Part shown: positions 9,583 to 19,514 of the stretch, one piece after another
Numbering within the stretch: the stretch's first letter is position 1
Layout: every line of letters begins with the position of its first letter
Source: Acidobacteriota bacterium
GTDB lineage: Bacteria > Acidobacteriota > UBA890 > WLXD01
Direction of reading: 5' to 3'
Assembly (NCBI GenBank): GCA_963666055.2
Contig: CAXWPH010000015.1
Span: forward strand, 2,048,001-2,112,000
Length of the DNA stretch: 64,000 nucleotides
The notes under the pieces: generated by a model
Database searches by the model: none
Told to the model about the DNA's origin: nothing
The model's input: the letters and a program-made list of their open reading frames with translations, nothing else
Translations under genes and position numbers: made by a program

Positions 9583-10541
9583 GGAAACGCCGATCGGGGC
9601 TGGCTCGCTTCGTCGTCTCGATCGTTATCGCGGTCGTGCTGGTCTGGTGGCTGCTGGGCGATCTGGGTATCGGGGCGGTTATCGAGACGATTCGCGGCGC
9701 CTGGTTGCCGGGGCTGGCCCTGGGGGTGGCGGTCTTCTGGCTGATGATCGCCTTTCGGGTCATGCGCTATCGCGCCCTGCTGCAGGAACGCGTGCCGCTC
9801 GGGGCGCTGACGTTGATCACGGTAGTCCGCGGCATGGTCGCCGACCTTCTGCCGGCGCGCATCGGCACGCTGGTCTACGTCTGGCTGGTTACGACGCGCG
9901 CCCGCGTACCGCTGCCCGATGCGCTCAGCTCGTTCTTTCTGGCGCTGGTGCTCGATATGGTGGTCATCGCACCGATGCTGCTGCTGGCGCTGGCGGTGGT
10001 CGGCTTCGGCGTCGAAGCCGGTGGCACGTTGGCGGGGCTCGCCGGGATTCTTCTCGCCGTCTCGGTGGTATCGCTGGCGCTTCTGGCGCCTGGGCTACGC
10101 CTGGCCGGTCGAATCCTCCGAGCGCCGATCCTCACCGAGACCGCGGCCCAGGTTGTCCACGTCCACCGTCGCGGTGACCTGATACCGGCTGTCCTACTGT
10201 CCTGTGGTGTCCGCGTTACCAAGTTCGGCGCCCACTACCTGATTCTGCAATCGGTGCTCGTGCCCTTGGGCATTCCGTGGGGCTCGCTGGGCTTTTTCGA
10301 GTCGTTCCTGGGCGTCGCCGGCGCCGAGCTCTCGGCAATGCTTCCGGTCAGCGGCCTGGGTGCGTTCGGGACCTGGGAGGCCGCCTTCGCCCTCGGCTTC
10401 ACGCAGCTAGGCCTGACGCGAGATCAGGCGGTGCTCGCCGGGTTCGCCACCCACGTGCTCACGCAGCTACACGACTATGGTTTGGGTGCGTTGTCCCTGC
10501 TCGCGCTGATGCGACCCCGGCGAGGCTCGCCGACGGTGTGA
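9579..10541 (+). CDS. Lysylphosphatidylglycerol-synthase TM / flippase-like membrane protein
   Basis: Multiple TM helices; LLPARIG, LPVSGLGAFGTWEAA. Confidence 0.85.
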   Translation: MRKRRSGLARFVVSIVIAVVLVWWLLGDLGIGAVIETIRGAWLPGLALGVAVFWLMIAFRVMRYRALLQERVPLGALTLITVVRGMVADLLPARIGTLVYVWLVTTRARVPLPDALSSFFLALVLDMVVIAPMLLLALAVVGFGVEAGGTLAGLAGILLAVSVVSLALLAPGLRLAGRILRAPILTETAAQVVHVHRRGDLIPAVLLSCGVRVTKFGAHYLILQSVLVPLGIPWGSLGFFESFLGVAGAELSAMLPVSGLGAFGTWEAAFALGFTQLGLTRDQAVLAGFATHVLTQLHDYGLGALSLLALMRPRRGSPTV

Positions 10542-10603
10542 TGACATGCGGACGCGGAGTGAATGCTCGCAGCGGGCCCGCTCGGAACCTGATGCGGGCG
10601 AGC

Positions 10604-11284
10604 TCAGCCGTCGTCCAACCGGGCGAGGAAAACATCCGCTTCGGGCAGGTGTTCGACTGCCCACCAGGGCTCGTGTTGGGCTAGCTCGTCGGCGCTGAAC
10701 GGGCCTGTTCCTACCGCTATGGTTCGTGCTTCGATCGCCTTGCCGCAATCAACGTCGTGGTGTGTATCACCGATTACGTAGAGCGCTTCGATGGTGTCGC
10801 CGTGTCGTGCCTCGGCCTGCCGTCGCGCGTGTCGAGCGATGTCGCGTCGCTTGATGCCGTGGTCAGCGAACGCACCCCACTCGAAGTACTCCAGGATCCC
10901 GTGGTGCCCCAGCTTCAACCGGGCACCAGCCTCGATGTTGCCGGTCAGGAGGGCGTTCTCGACGTCGACGCGCTCGGCGACAGCTTCCAGGATGGCGCGC
11001 ACGTTGGGGTGGATGAAGCCGTTCGTACGGCGTTCCAACCAGTCCGGCAACAGCTCGACGTAGCGGTCGAGCAACGAAGCGGCGAGCTCGTCGGAGTACT
11101 CACGGCAAAGCACGTCGGTAATGGCGTCTTTCGCTATCCCGCCGTCGGTCATGCCGGCCGGGCTCATGCTGCTCACGTCTACCGGGCTACCGTACTCCTC
11201 GCCAAGCGACTGCACCCAGGCGTACATACCGGCGCGGTCGGTGTTCAACAGCGTTCCGTCGATGTCCCACAGGAGGATCTTCAT
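10604..11284 (-). CDS. HAD-superfamily phosphatase
   Basis: WDIDGTLL, LLTGN, VIGDTHHDV. Confidence 0.92.
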   Translation of the reverse strand: MKILLWDIDGTLLNTDRAGMYAWVQSLGEEYGSPVDVSSMSPAGMTDGGIAKDAITDVLCREYSDELAASLLDRYVELLPDWLERRTNGFIHPNVRAILEAVAERVDVENALLTGNIEAGARLKLGHHGILEYFEWGAFADHGIKRRDIARHARRQAEARHGDTIEALYVIGDTHHDVDCGKAIEARTIAVGTGPFSADELAQHEPWWAVEHLPEADVFLARLDDG

Positions 11285-11378
11285 CAGCTAACTCAGAGGG
11301 GAGCTACCGCTCGTGTGTTCCGAGGGTTCAGACGCACCCACCCAGGCCGCGTCGCCACCCGCCTGCCAGACGCAGCGC

Positions 11379-13517
11379 TTACCGGTGCGACGCGTCCTCG
11401 TCCGCGGCGTCGGTGGCCGCCGGTGTTTCCTTCGCCGGGCGTTCGGCCGGACTCCAATCTTGCCCGAGAACGTGCTTTTGCATCCAGCGGATCTCCTCGG
11501 CGTCGCGGCGCCGTTGGTGGCGCGGCTCACGGAACCCGTGCGGCTCGCGCGGGAAGCGCAGGTACCGGACGGGCGCTTTGGCGATGTCCTTCAGCGCCGT
11601 GAAGAACATCATGCTCTGTTGCTCGGTATCGGTGCGGTCGTTCATCCCGTGGATGAGCAGTGTCGGCGTAGTCACGTTGGTGGCGTAGGTGAGCGCAGAC
11701 TGGTTACGCCATGCCTCGGGGTTTTCCCAAGGCGTTCCGCCTATGTGCCACAACCGCACGTCGTTGTTGAAGCCGGGCCCGTACTCGGAGGTCCAGTCGT
11801 AGACACCGGCGCCGATGCTGGCCGCCTTGAAGCGATCGGTGTGAGTGATCGTCCAACCGCCGAGGATGCCTCCGTAGCTCCAGCCGCGTACCCCCATACG
11901 CTCCGGATCGACGATTCCCTGCTCAATCAGGGCGTCGACTCCGGTCATCAGGTCCTGAAAATCACCGAAGCCGATGCCATCCCCTCGCTCGAACGTGTTC
12001 CCTTCACGCAGGTAGTCGTCGTAGCAGCACGACCCGCGTACGTTGGGCGATAGCGATGCCCAGCCGAGCCCACCGTAGATGTGGTACATGGCGCGGAAGC
12101 TGTTCGAGAAAGCACCGGCTGGGCCCCCGTGGATGTTGAGCATCAACGGAACCGGCGTGCCGTCGATATGACCGGGCGGCAGATGTAGCAGCCCTTCGAT
12201 CTTCATGCCGTCGCTACTCTCCCACTGAAAGAGCTTCATGTCGGCCAGCGCCAGATCGTCGAGCTGCGGGTTGGCGTCGGTCACCTGCAGGGGCTCGAAA
12301 TTCTCGACCGTTCCGACGAACAGGTCGGTGGGTGAGTCGAAGTCGGTGTAGCCGTATACGAAGTGCCTGCGATCAGCCGAGAACGACAGGCTTCCGACAA
12401 CGCCGTCGAGGTTCGTGATGCGCTCCACATCCCCCGACTCGACATCGAGCCGGAAAATGTTCCAGCGTGTGCCTTCGGTGCCCGCGAAGAGGACGTATCG
12501 ACCATCGGGAGTCCACGCTGGGCTGCGGAGCTCGCCGTCGAAGGAGCCCGAGATCTTGCGGTGCTCGGCGAGCTCCGCGTCCATCAGCCACAGCTTGGTG
12601 TTGCGATTCAGCCAACTACTGTCGTCGGCAGCCACGTAGAGGAACTGCGAGCTGTTGGGTGCCCAGAGAACGCCGCCCTCGGGGGCCTGATTCTCGGTCA
12701 GGCGCGTCTTTTCGCCGCTGGTAAGGTCGAGCAGGAACAGCTCCGTCTTGTCGGCGTCATTGCGTCGATTGACGTAGCGAGCCGCGAGGGCGGCCCACCT
12801 CCCATCCGGAGATGGATCGAAGCTACTGATCAGGAAGCGCTCTTCGGTGAGCTGTTCTTCCTCCCGAGACTTCAGATCGAAGGCCCAGAGGTTCGACCAT
12901 TGGCCGCGGTTCTGGCCGTTGGGCCCCTCGTCGACGAAGATCGCGTCCGCACCCTTGTCGATCTCTTTGCGATCGTCCTCGGGCCGCTCGTCGTCGGCGA
13001 CGAAGAAGATGCGCTTCGAATCGTGCGACCAGAAATAGGTGCCTACGGACGTAGCGTGATCGGTGAGGGCAACCGCTTCCCCGCCGCGGGTGCGCATGAT
13101 GAAGAGCTGTTGTGTGGCGCCACTGCCGCCGGAACCGCCAGCAGCCGGGCCATCGCCGCCCGGAGCGCTGGCTGCCGAGCCATCGCTGCTGCTGCGCTTG
13201 AAGGTCAGGTACTCGCCGTCGGGCGAGAACTTGAAGTCGCTGCCCCCGCCTTCGCCGACATACTGGAACGCCTCGCCGCCAGTCGACGGCACCATGTACA
13301 CCTTGGTCTCGTACTTGTTGTCGTCCCAGGTGAGCGTTCGCTGTGTGTACAGCACCCACTCACCGTCGGGCGACATGATGCCGTTGGCGACATTGACCAG
13401 GTCGAGCGCGTCGTCCACGGTCATCGGGCGCGGTTCATGGGCGGCGTCGGTGTCCTGCGCAGCGGCGCCAGCGGCTGCGAGCAGTACCACGAGTACAGCA
13501 AAGAGAGTCTTGCGCAT
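11379..13517 (-). CDS. Secreted S9 family peptidase (beta-propeller plus alpha/beta hydrolase)
   Basis: Signal peptide; IHGGP, GWSYGG nucleophile, HGMNDRT, EPHG. Confidence 0.93.
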   Translation of the reverse strand: MRKTLFAVLVVLLAAAGAAAQDTDAAHEPRPMTVDDALDLVNVANGIMSPDGEWVLYTQRTLTWDDNKYETKVYMVPSTGGEAFQYVGEGGGSDFKFSPDGEYLTFKRSSSDGSAASAPGGDGPAAGGSGGSGATQQLFIMRTRGGEAVALTDHATSVGTYFWSHDSKRIFFVADDERPEDDRKEIDKGADAIFVDEGPNGQNRGQWSNLWAFDLKSREEEQLTEERFLISSFDPSPDGRWAALAARYVNRRNDADKTELFLLDLTSGEKTRLTENQAPEGGVLWAPNSSQFLYVAADDSSWLNRNTKLWLMDAELAEHRKISGSFDGELRSPAWTPDGRYVLFAGTEGTRWNIFRLDVESGDVERITNLDGVVGSLSFSADRRHFVYGYTDFDSPTDLFVGTVENFEPLQVTDANPQLDDLALADMKLFQWESSDGMKIEGLLHLPPGHIDGTPVPLMLNIHGGPAGAFSNSFRAMYHIYGGLGWASLSPNVRGSCCYDDYLREGNTFERGDGIGFGDFQDLMTGVDALIEQGIVDPERMGVRGWSYGGILGGWTITHTDRFKAASIGAGVYDWTSEYGPGFNNDVRLWHIGGTPWENPEAWRNQSALTYATNVTTPTLLIHGMNDRTDTEQQSMMFFTALKDIAKAPVRYLRFPREPHGFREPRHQRRRDAEEIRWMQKHVLGQDWSPAERPAKETPAATDAADEDASHR

Positions 13518-13691
13518 GATCTTGCCGTTGGGTTGAAGTAGAGAGGCTCGACAACGAGCGGTGGCGGACCCAAAGTTATCATCGCGGGGAGGTAAGCTTC
13601 CGGGTCAACCGGTCACAAAATGCGAAACTGTGCGGTCTGAGCAGACGCTCACGGGATGCCGCCGCAGGCTTGAAATAAAGTGAGGGCAGTC

Positions 13692-15413
13692 ATGCAACGA
13701 CGCACATCGACGGGATTGTTGCTTGCGGCGCTGGCGGTACTCGGTACCGGCGGATCGGCTTCCTCCGCTCAGTCGACTGCCGACGTGGTGCTGCGGGGCG
13801 GTAGGGTCGCCACCGTCGACGCCGACTTCAGCTTCGCGGCGGCGATCGCCGTCCGTGGGCACCAGATTCTGGCCACCGGGAGCAACCAGGCGATCACCGC
13901 GTACATCGATACAAACACCGAGGTGATCGAGCTCGACGGACGGCTGGCAATCCCGGGATTCATCGAGGGCCACGGACACTACCTCAGCCTGGGGCGCTCG
14001 AAGATGATCCTCGACCTGACCACGGTGACCTCGTGGCAGGAGATCATCACCATGGTCGAAGCGGCAGCGCGCCTGGTCGATCCGGGGGAATGGATCTTCG
14101 GCCGCGGCTGGCACCAGGAGAAGTGGGACTCGACGCCGACGCCGAATGTCGATGGTGTGCCACTACACGACGGGCTTTCCGAGGTCACGCCGAGCAACCC
14201 GGTCGTTTTAGAGCACGCCAGCGGCCACGCAGCATTCGCGAACGAGCTGGCGATGACGTTGGCGGGCATCGACAGTGCCACGGGCGACCCCGACGGCGGC
14301 ACGATTGTGCGCGACGCTCAGGGCCGCGCCACCGGGTTGCTGCGAGAACGAGCTCAAGGACTAGTGAACGGTGTCTCGCGAGCGGCCGATGCGGAGCGCA
14401 CCGATGCCGAACGCGAGGCGGAGTTCCGCCGCCAGGTAGAGCTAGCCGGCGCCGAAGCGCTTAGCAACGGGGTAACCAGCTTCCACGACGCCGGCGCCGG
14501 GTTTGCCTCCATCGATCGCTTCAGGGCCATGGCGGCCGCCGGCCACCTACCGGTCCGTCTTTACGTGATGGTGCGCGGCCACTCCAACGAGGAGATGGAT
14601 CGGATGCTGCCGCAGTACCGGATCATCCCCGAGGGCAACGACTTCCTTGCGGTGCGCTCCATCAAGCGCCAGATCGACGGGGCGCTCGGCTCTCACGGCG
14701 CCTGGTTGCTAGAGAACTACGTGGACATGGACAGCCCCGGCTTGGTGCTGGAGCCGGTGGAGGATATCGAAGGCACGGCGGTGGTCGCTGCCAAGCATGG
14801 CTTTCAGGTGAACACACACGCCATCGGCGACCGTGCGAATCGCGAGGTCCTCGACCTATACGCGCGCACTTTCGAGGCGGCCGGCGTCGATGGACACGAG
14901 CTGCGGTGGCGCATCGAGCACGCGCAGCATATTCACCCCGATGACGTGCCGCGCTTCGGCAACCTCGGCATCATCGCCGCTATGCAAGGCGTGCACTGTA
15001 CCTCTGACGCGCCATGGATTCCGCTGCGGTTGGGTGACGAGCGCGCCGAGACGGAGACCTACGTGTGGCGCGACCTGATCGACTCCGGCGCCGTTGTCAC
15101 CAACGGCAGCGACGTGCCGGTCGAGCGCATTGATCCGATCGCCAGCTACTACGCGTCGGTAACCCGCATCACCGCCGACGGCACGGCCTTCTACCCGGCA
15201 CAGCGGATGACGCGCGAGGAGGCGCTGCGGTCGTACACGATCAACAATGCCTACGCCGCCTTCGAAGAGCACCTGAAGGGGTCGCTCGAGCCTGGCAAGC
15301 TGGCCGACATCACCGTCCTGTCGCAGGATATTCTGGAAGTTCCGGCGGATCGGATCCTCGCTACCCGCGTCGACCTGACCATCCTGGGCGGCGAGGTGCG
15401 CTATCGACGCTAA
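13692..15413 (+). CDS. Secreted YtcJ-like amidohydrolase (Amidohydro_3)
   Basis: PGFIEGHGH, DGALGSHGA, HAIGDRAN, RIEHAQ, GSDVPVE, GKLAD. Confidence 0.92.
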   Translation: MQRRTSTGLLLAALAVLGTGGSASSAQSTADVVLRGGRVATVDADFSFAAAIAVRGHQILATGSNQAITAYIDTNTEVIELDGRLAIPGFIEGHGHYLSLGRSKMILDLTTVTSWQEIITMVEAAARLVDPGEWIFGRGWHQEKWDSTPTPNVDGVPLHDGLSEVTPSNPVVLEHASGHAAFANELAMTLAGIDSATGDPDGGTIVRDAQGRATGLLRERAQGLVNGVSRAADAERTDAEREAEFRRQVELAGAEALSNGVTSFHDAGAGFASIDRFRAMAAAGHLPVRLYVMVRGHSNEEMDRMLPQYRIIPEGNDFLAVRSIKRQIDGALGSHGAWLLENYVDMDSPGLVLEPVEDIEGTAVVAAKHGFQVNTHAIGDRANREVLDLYARTFEAAGVDGHELRWRIEHAQHIHPDDVPRFGNLGIIAAMQGVHCTSDAPWIPLRLGDERAETETYVWRDLIDSGAVVTNGSDVPVERIDPIASYYASVTRITADGTAFYPAQRMTREEALRSYTINNAYAAFEEHLKGSLEPGKLADITVLSQDILEVPADRILATRVDLTILGGEVRYRR

Positions 15414-15494
15414 CGGCCATACATCCACCACCGCCTTAGCCTCCCCACCGGCGCTCAGGCCAGGGGGTGGGATATCGCTCTGGCGGTGGGCTGC

Positions 15495-15920
15495 TCACTG
15501 CTCGGGTGCGCGGCGCGATGACCAATGCACATGGATGATCTGCCATCCGGCATCACGCCGCTGCAGCACCATCGTCTCTACGCCAAGCGAGTCGATCTGG
15601 CGCTCGCGGAGGGCACCGGTGGTTCGCGACCGGGTCAGCACGTAGGCAAGTTCACCGCTGATGACGGACGACTGCTCGAGGATCTCGTGGTCGGTGGCGG
15701 CGGCGAACTGGAGGTCGCCACCGAGGTGATGAGAAGCGTATTCGTCGCGAGACATCTCCGCTCCGCCCGACTCGAAGATGACTACATCAGAAGCCAACTG
15801 TGCCAGCACCGCATCCCCATCGCCGTTCGCCATGGCAGCGTGCAGAGCGTTTACGACCTCGGCGGGTGCCAGCGCCGCTTGCGGTGCGAACACTGGCGCT
15901 ATCAGCAGCATCACGGACAT
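15495..15920 (-). CDS. NTF2-like / DUF4440 protein (start uncertain)
   Basis: VVIFESGG, EYASHHLGGD, ETMVL, WQIIHVHWSSR. Confidence 0.8.
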   Translation of the reverse strand: MSVMLLIAPVFAPQAALAPAEVVNALHAAMANGDGDAVLAQLASDVVIFESGGAEMSRDEYASHHLGGDLQFAAATDHEILEQSSVISGELAYVLTRSRTTGALRERQIDSLGVETMVLQRRDAGWQIIHVHWSSRRAPEQ

Positions 15921-16075
15921 TCGATTCACGCGCGCCCTCCTTTTCTGCAGCCGTTGCGACGGGACGTTGCCGTTGCCGGGTGCTCCCAGTTGACTCTTCG
16001 ACACGCTGCGAGTGACGATGCGCGTATCCTGACCAGCTTATCCGCGTATTCCGGCCAGCATATCGAGGAACAGTT

Positions 16076-17362
16076 GTGAGAGTTGCCATATCCAAGTGCG
16101 GGCGCACGGCAGGCTTTGGCCTGGCTGCGATGATTTTGGTCGCCACGGCGGGGTGCGCCGTATCATCCGGTAACTCGGGCGATGTTGTTCTGGTGCTCGA
16201 GGCGCCACGATCTCTGGCGGTTCCGGAAGTGCTTCCCGGGAGCGGCGAGGCGAATCTCTTCGCCGCTGACGGACAGCTGCATATGAGCTGGCTGGAGCCG
16301 GGGCCGGACGACGAGTGGGCGTTGCGTTTCTCGACGCTGACCGGCGAGTCATGGTCGCAAGCGCGTACGGTGGCGAGCAGCCGGGGCTTCTTCGTCAACT
16401 GGGCCGACTTCCCCTCGGTCATTGCGACGCCGGGTGGAGGATTGGTGGCTCACTGGCTGGAGCGCAGCGGTGAGGGGACCTATGCATACGACGTGCGGCT
16501 GAGTCGCTCGCGGGATGGCGGCGTGACTTGGTCGGAGTCGTTCCGCCCGCACGACGACGGCACCCAGACCGAGCATGGCTTCGTTTCTCTGGTCCCGGAG
16601 TCAGACAGTGGCTTCACGGCGGTCTGGCTCGATGGCCGCAACTCTGCGTCAGCTTCCGACCCCTCCGACGCGGAGATGACGCTGCGGTCACGCCGTTACG
16701 GCGGTGATGGCCAGGCGGCTGCCGAACAACTGCTCGATGCACGGATCTGCGATTGTTGCCAAACCTCGGCAGCGTTCGTAGGCGACACGCTCATGGTCGC
16801 CTATCGCGACCGTTCCTCCGAGGAGATTCGTGACGTCCTCGTAGTCACGCGTGATTCGAGTGGCTGGAGCGAGCCAGTCGCCGTCGGCGACGACCAGTGG
16901 ATGATCCCCGGCTGTCCGGTCAACGGGCCCTCGGTAGCTGCGCAAGGCGATCTGGGGGCCGTCGCATGGTTCGGGCTGGTTGCCGGCACACCGGAAGTGA
17001 AGGTGGCCTTCACCGACGACTATGGAACGAGCTTCAGTCCGCCGGTGCTAGTGGAGCGCGGCACGACCGAAGCGGCCACGCTTGGCCGTGTCGATCTGGA
17101 GTGGATCAGTACCGATACCGTTCTGGTCTCGTGGCTCACTGCCCTCGGTGCCGCCGCCGAGATCCGTTATCGAACCGTCGAACTCGACGGTGGGATGGGG
17201 GCCGTCAAGGTGCTTGCCAAGACCAGCCCCAGCCGGTCCAGTGGTTTCCCGAGAATGGCTCGAGCAGGCGAGCGCGTGGTCTTCGTGTGGAGGCAACTGG
17301 ACGAGCCAGCGATGCTTCAGATGGCCACCGTTGCTCTGCGTTCACCAGCCCTTGGTGACTAA
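16076..17362 (+). CDS. BNR/Asp-box (sialidase-like) beta-propeller lipoprotein
   Basis: Lipobox-like ATAGC; SRDGGVTWS and TDDYGTSFS Asp-boxes; NWADFP, CDCCQT, CPVNGP, SGFPRM. Confidence 0.85.
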   Translation: MRVAISKCGRTAGFGLAAMILVATAGCAVSSGNSGDVVLVLEAPRSLAVPEVLPGSGEANLFAADGQLHMSWLEPGPDDEWALRFSTLTGESWSQARTVASSRGFFVNWADFPSVIATPGGGLVAHWLERSGEGTYAYDVRLSRSRDGGVTWSESFRPHDDGTQTEHGFVSLVPESDSGFTAVWLDGRNSASASDPSDAEMTLRSRRYGGDGQAAAEQLLDARICDCCQTSAAFVGDTLMVAYRDRSSEEIRDVLVVTRDSSGWSEPVAVGDDQWMIPGCPVNGPSVAAQGDLGAVAWFGLVAGTPEVKVAFTDDYGTSFSPPVLVERGTTEAATLGRVDLEWISTDTVLVSWLTALGAAAEIRYRTVELDGGMGAVKVLAKTSPSRSSGFPRMARAGERVVFVWRQLDEPAMLQMATVALRSPALGD

Positions 17363-17473
17363 TGCTGCTGATCGTAAGCACGGTGAGGTTTTGAGGCGAG
17401 CGCCACGGGAGACCCGCATCTCGCTTCTGCAATCGTCACCGCACCTGCGATCAGCATCCTGCAAGCTGTCGAC

Positions 17474-17503
17474 TTGCCGGCCGCCACGCCAAAGGGCGAC
17501 AAT
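17474..17503 (+). promoter_or_regulatory. Putative sigma70 promoter TTGCCG-N18-GACAAT, 7 nt before ATG 17511 (leaderless-like)
   Basis: Motif and spacing read directly; no Shine-Dalgarno sequence before the ATG. Confidence 0.45.
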
Positions 17504-17510
17504 CAACACC

Positions 17511-17897
17511 ATGCTCCGGCTCCTGGTTATCGCAGCAATTTCTCTGGCACCGGGCGCGACCGCATCATCCCCATGCTTGATGGGCGTATCGGATGATGGG
17601 GATCGGTCTCGGATACACTCGCATCGCGAGTCTGGCGTGATCCACCATTCGAGCCAGCAGAGCATCGTGGCGGACACCAACGCTGCAGCGGTCGGGGATG
17701 TTAGCCGGTCTCCCGAGAGTGAAGATCACGGACATTCCGGAGTCGGGGCCTGTGTGGCCGACTGTGCTACACACTTCCAGATCCCGACGGTGGACGCGAT
17801 TGCACCTACCATCGCGAGCAGCGCCAGGACGCTGCTCGCGTCGGCGACAGCACCCAGCGCGCCCACGACGGCGATCGAGCATGTGCCGCTCATCTGA
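17511..17897 (+). CDS. Small exported His/Cys-rich protein (DUF2946/CruR/CutF-like leader candidate)
   Basis: Hydrophobic N-terminus; HSH, HH, DHGH, CVADC; C-terminal EHVPLI; directly upstream of a copper oxidase. Confidence 0.6.
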   Translation: MLRLLVIAAISLAPGATASSPCLMGVSDDGDRSRIHSHRESGVIHHSSQQSIVADTNAAAVGDVSRSPESEDHGHSGVGACVADCATHFQIPTVDAIAPTIASSARTLLASATAPSAPTTAIEHVPLI

Positions 17898-18068
17898 GCG
17901 TCGGCTCTCTGCAGCTCGGATCGACTAGCGGATAGGCGCGGGCGACGACCGCGCCACCCCCGGGCTCATCTGGACCGACCAGTTCTCCAGGTCAATCGTC
18001 GGCCGTCAGTTTTTCCGGCTTCCGTCCGTCCGTTCTCCCGCCTGGCTCAGGCCAAGACGAGTACCGAC

Positions 18069-19514
18069 ATGACCGAACACAATCGCCGATCGTTCATCGC
18101 AGGCGGGGCGCTCTCCGCAGCTGGAGTGCTCTCTGCCCGCCAGGCTCTCGGTAGACCCGAGAATCCGACCACAACGGGGCCGCTCGCAGGTTTGCGCGCT
18201 GACCTCGGCCCCCCCCGATCCAATGATCTCGAGCTATCTACTCGCGTGCACTCGCCAGACGTTGGCAAGTTGCCGTTCATACGCGAAGGCGACGTGAAGG
18301 TCTTCCGCATGGTCGCCGAGGTGTGCCAGCGATCGTTTCTTCCAGGCTGGCGCTTCGACACCTGGGGCTACAACGGCTCAACGCCCGGACCGACGATCGA
18401 GGTCGACGAAGGCGATCGGTTGCGCATCGTGGTGGAGAATCGACTCCCCGAGATCACCTCGATGCACTGGCATGGTCTCGAGGTTCCGATCGACATGGAC
18501 GGCGTTCCGGGGGTGACCCAGGATCCGATCGCTCCGGGCGAGACGTTTATCTACGAGTTCGAGGTGCACCAACACGGCACCTTCTTCTACCACTCGCACA
18601 TGGCCATGCAGGAGATGATGGGCATGGTGGGGCTGTTCATCATCCACCCGCGGCAGCCGTACGCTCCCCCCGTGGATCGCGATTTCGGCTTCGTCCTGCA
18701 GGAGTGGGCGATTCTCCCCGACAACTCCGTGCCGAACTCGCTTGCCATGGAGTTCAACTGGCTGACCCTGAACGGGCGCTCCGGGCCGCATACCACCCCG
18801 CTGATCGTTCGCCGGGGGGACCGGGTGCGGCTCCGCTTCGTCAACCTGGGCATGGACCATCATCCGATGCACCTGCACGGACACACCTGGGTTACGACCG
18901 GCACCGAGGGCGGGCGGATTCCAGAGACCGCATGGATACCAGGCAACACCGAGCTCGTCGGGGTGGCGCAGGCGCGTGACGTGGAATTCGTCGCCGACAA
19001 CCCCGGCGACTGGATGCTTCACTGCCACCTGCCGCACCACATGATGAACCACATGGTGTCGATGGTCGGTCCTATGCGTGCGATGGGTGGAATGGCGCCG
19101 GGCGGCGACATGGACGCTGGAATGGGCATCTCGGGCGGGGCGGCGTTATCGGCGGAGAACGGCCCCTCGATGGGCCGCGCTATCGGGCTCGGCGCCATGC
19201 GTGATCGCCCGGTCAACAACCTGCCGATGCACCGCGGTGCGCAGGGGCGTTCGGTGCCGGAGATGCAGCATGGCGCCAGCACCGCGGATGCCGGTCAGGT
19301 GCCCGGCTTCCCGCAGGACCACTTCATGGCCATGGATGCGATGGTCGCCAAGCCCGAGACCCATGGCATGCGGCCGACTTGGTCCGGGGGCTCGATGGGC
19401 ATGATGACGATCCTCCGGGTTCTCGAGGCCGATCTCTACGACGAGGTCGAGGCGTTGCGGACGCGGGCCGACCGGGCTTCCGGCCCGCACTCGCTGCACG
19501 GAGGCTCACGATGA
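18069..19514 (+). CDS. Tat-exported two-domain multicopper oxidase with Met-rich tail
   Basis: RRSFI Tat motif; MHWHG, FYHSH, HPMHLHGH, HCHLPHHMMNHM. Confidence 0.93.
   Translation: MTEHNRRSFIAGGALSAAGVLSARQALGRPENPTTTGPLAGLRADLGPPRSNDLELSTRVHSPDVGKLPFIREGDVKVFRMVAEVCQRSFLPGWRFDTWGYNGSTPGPTIEVDEGDRLRIVVENRLPEITSMHWHGLEVPIDMDGVPGVTQDPIAPGETFIYEFEVHQHGTFFYHSHMAMQEMMGMVGLFIIHPRQPYAPPVDRDFGFVLQEWAILPDNSVPNSLAMEFNWLTLNGRSGPHTTPLIVRRGDRVRLRFVNLGMDHHPMHLHGHTWVTTGTEGGRIPETAWIPGNTELVGVAQARDVEFVADNPGDWMLHCHLPHHMMNHMVSMVGPMRAMGGMAPGGDMDAGMGISGGAALSAENGPSMGRAIGLGAMRDRPVNNLPMHRGAQGRSVPEMQHGASTADAGQVPGFPQDHFMAMDAMVAKPETHGMRPTWSGGSMGMMTILRVLEADLYDEVEALRTRADRASGPHSLHGGSR

Noticed and set aside
15414-15494. 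Hairpin CCACCGCC...GGCGGTGG
   Set aside because: Most likely an ordinary structure between convergent genes; no second copy noticed
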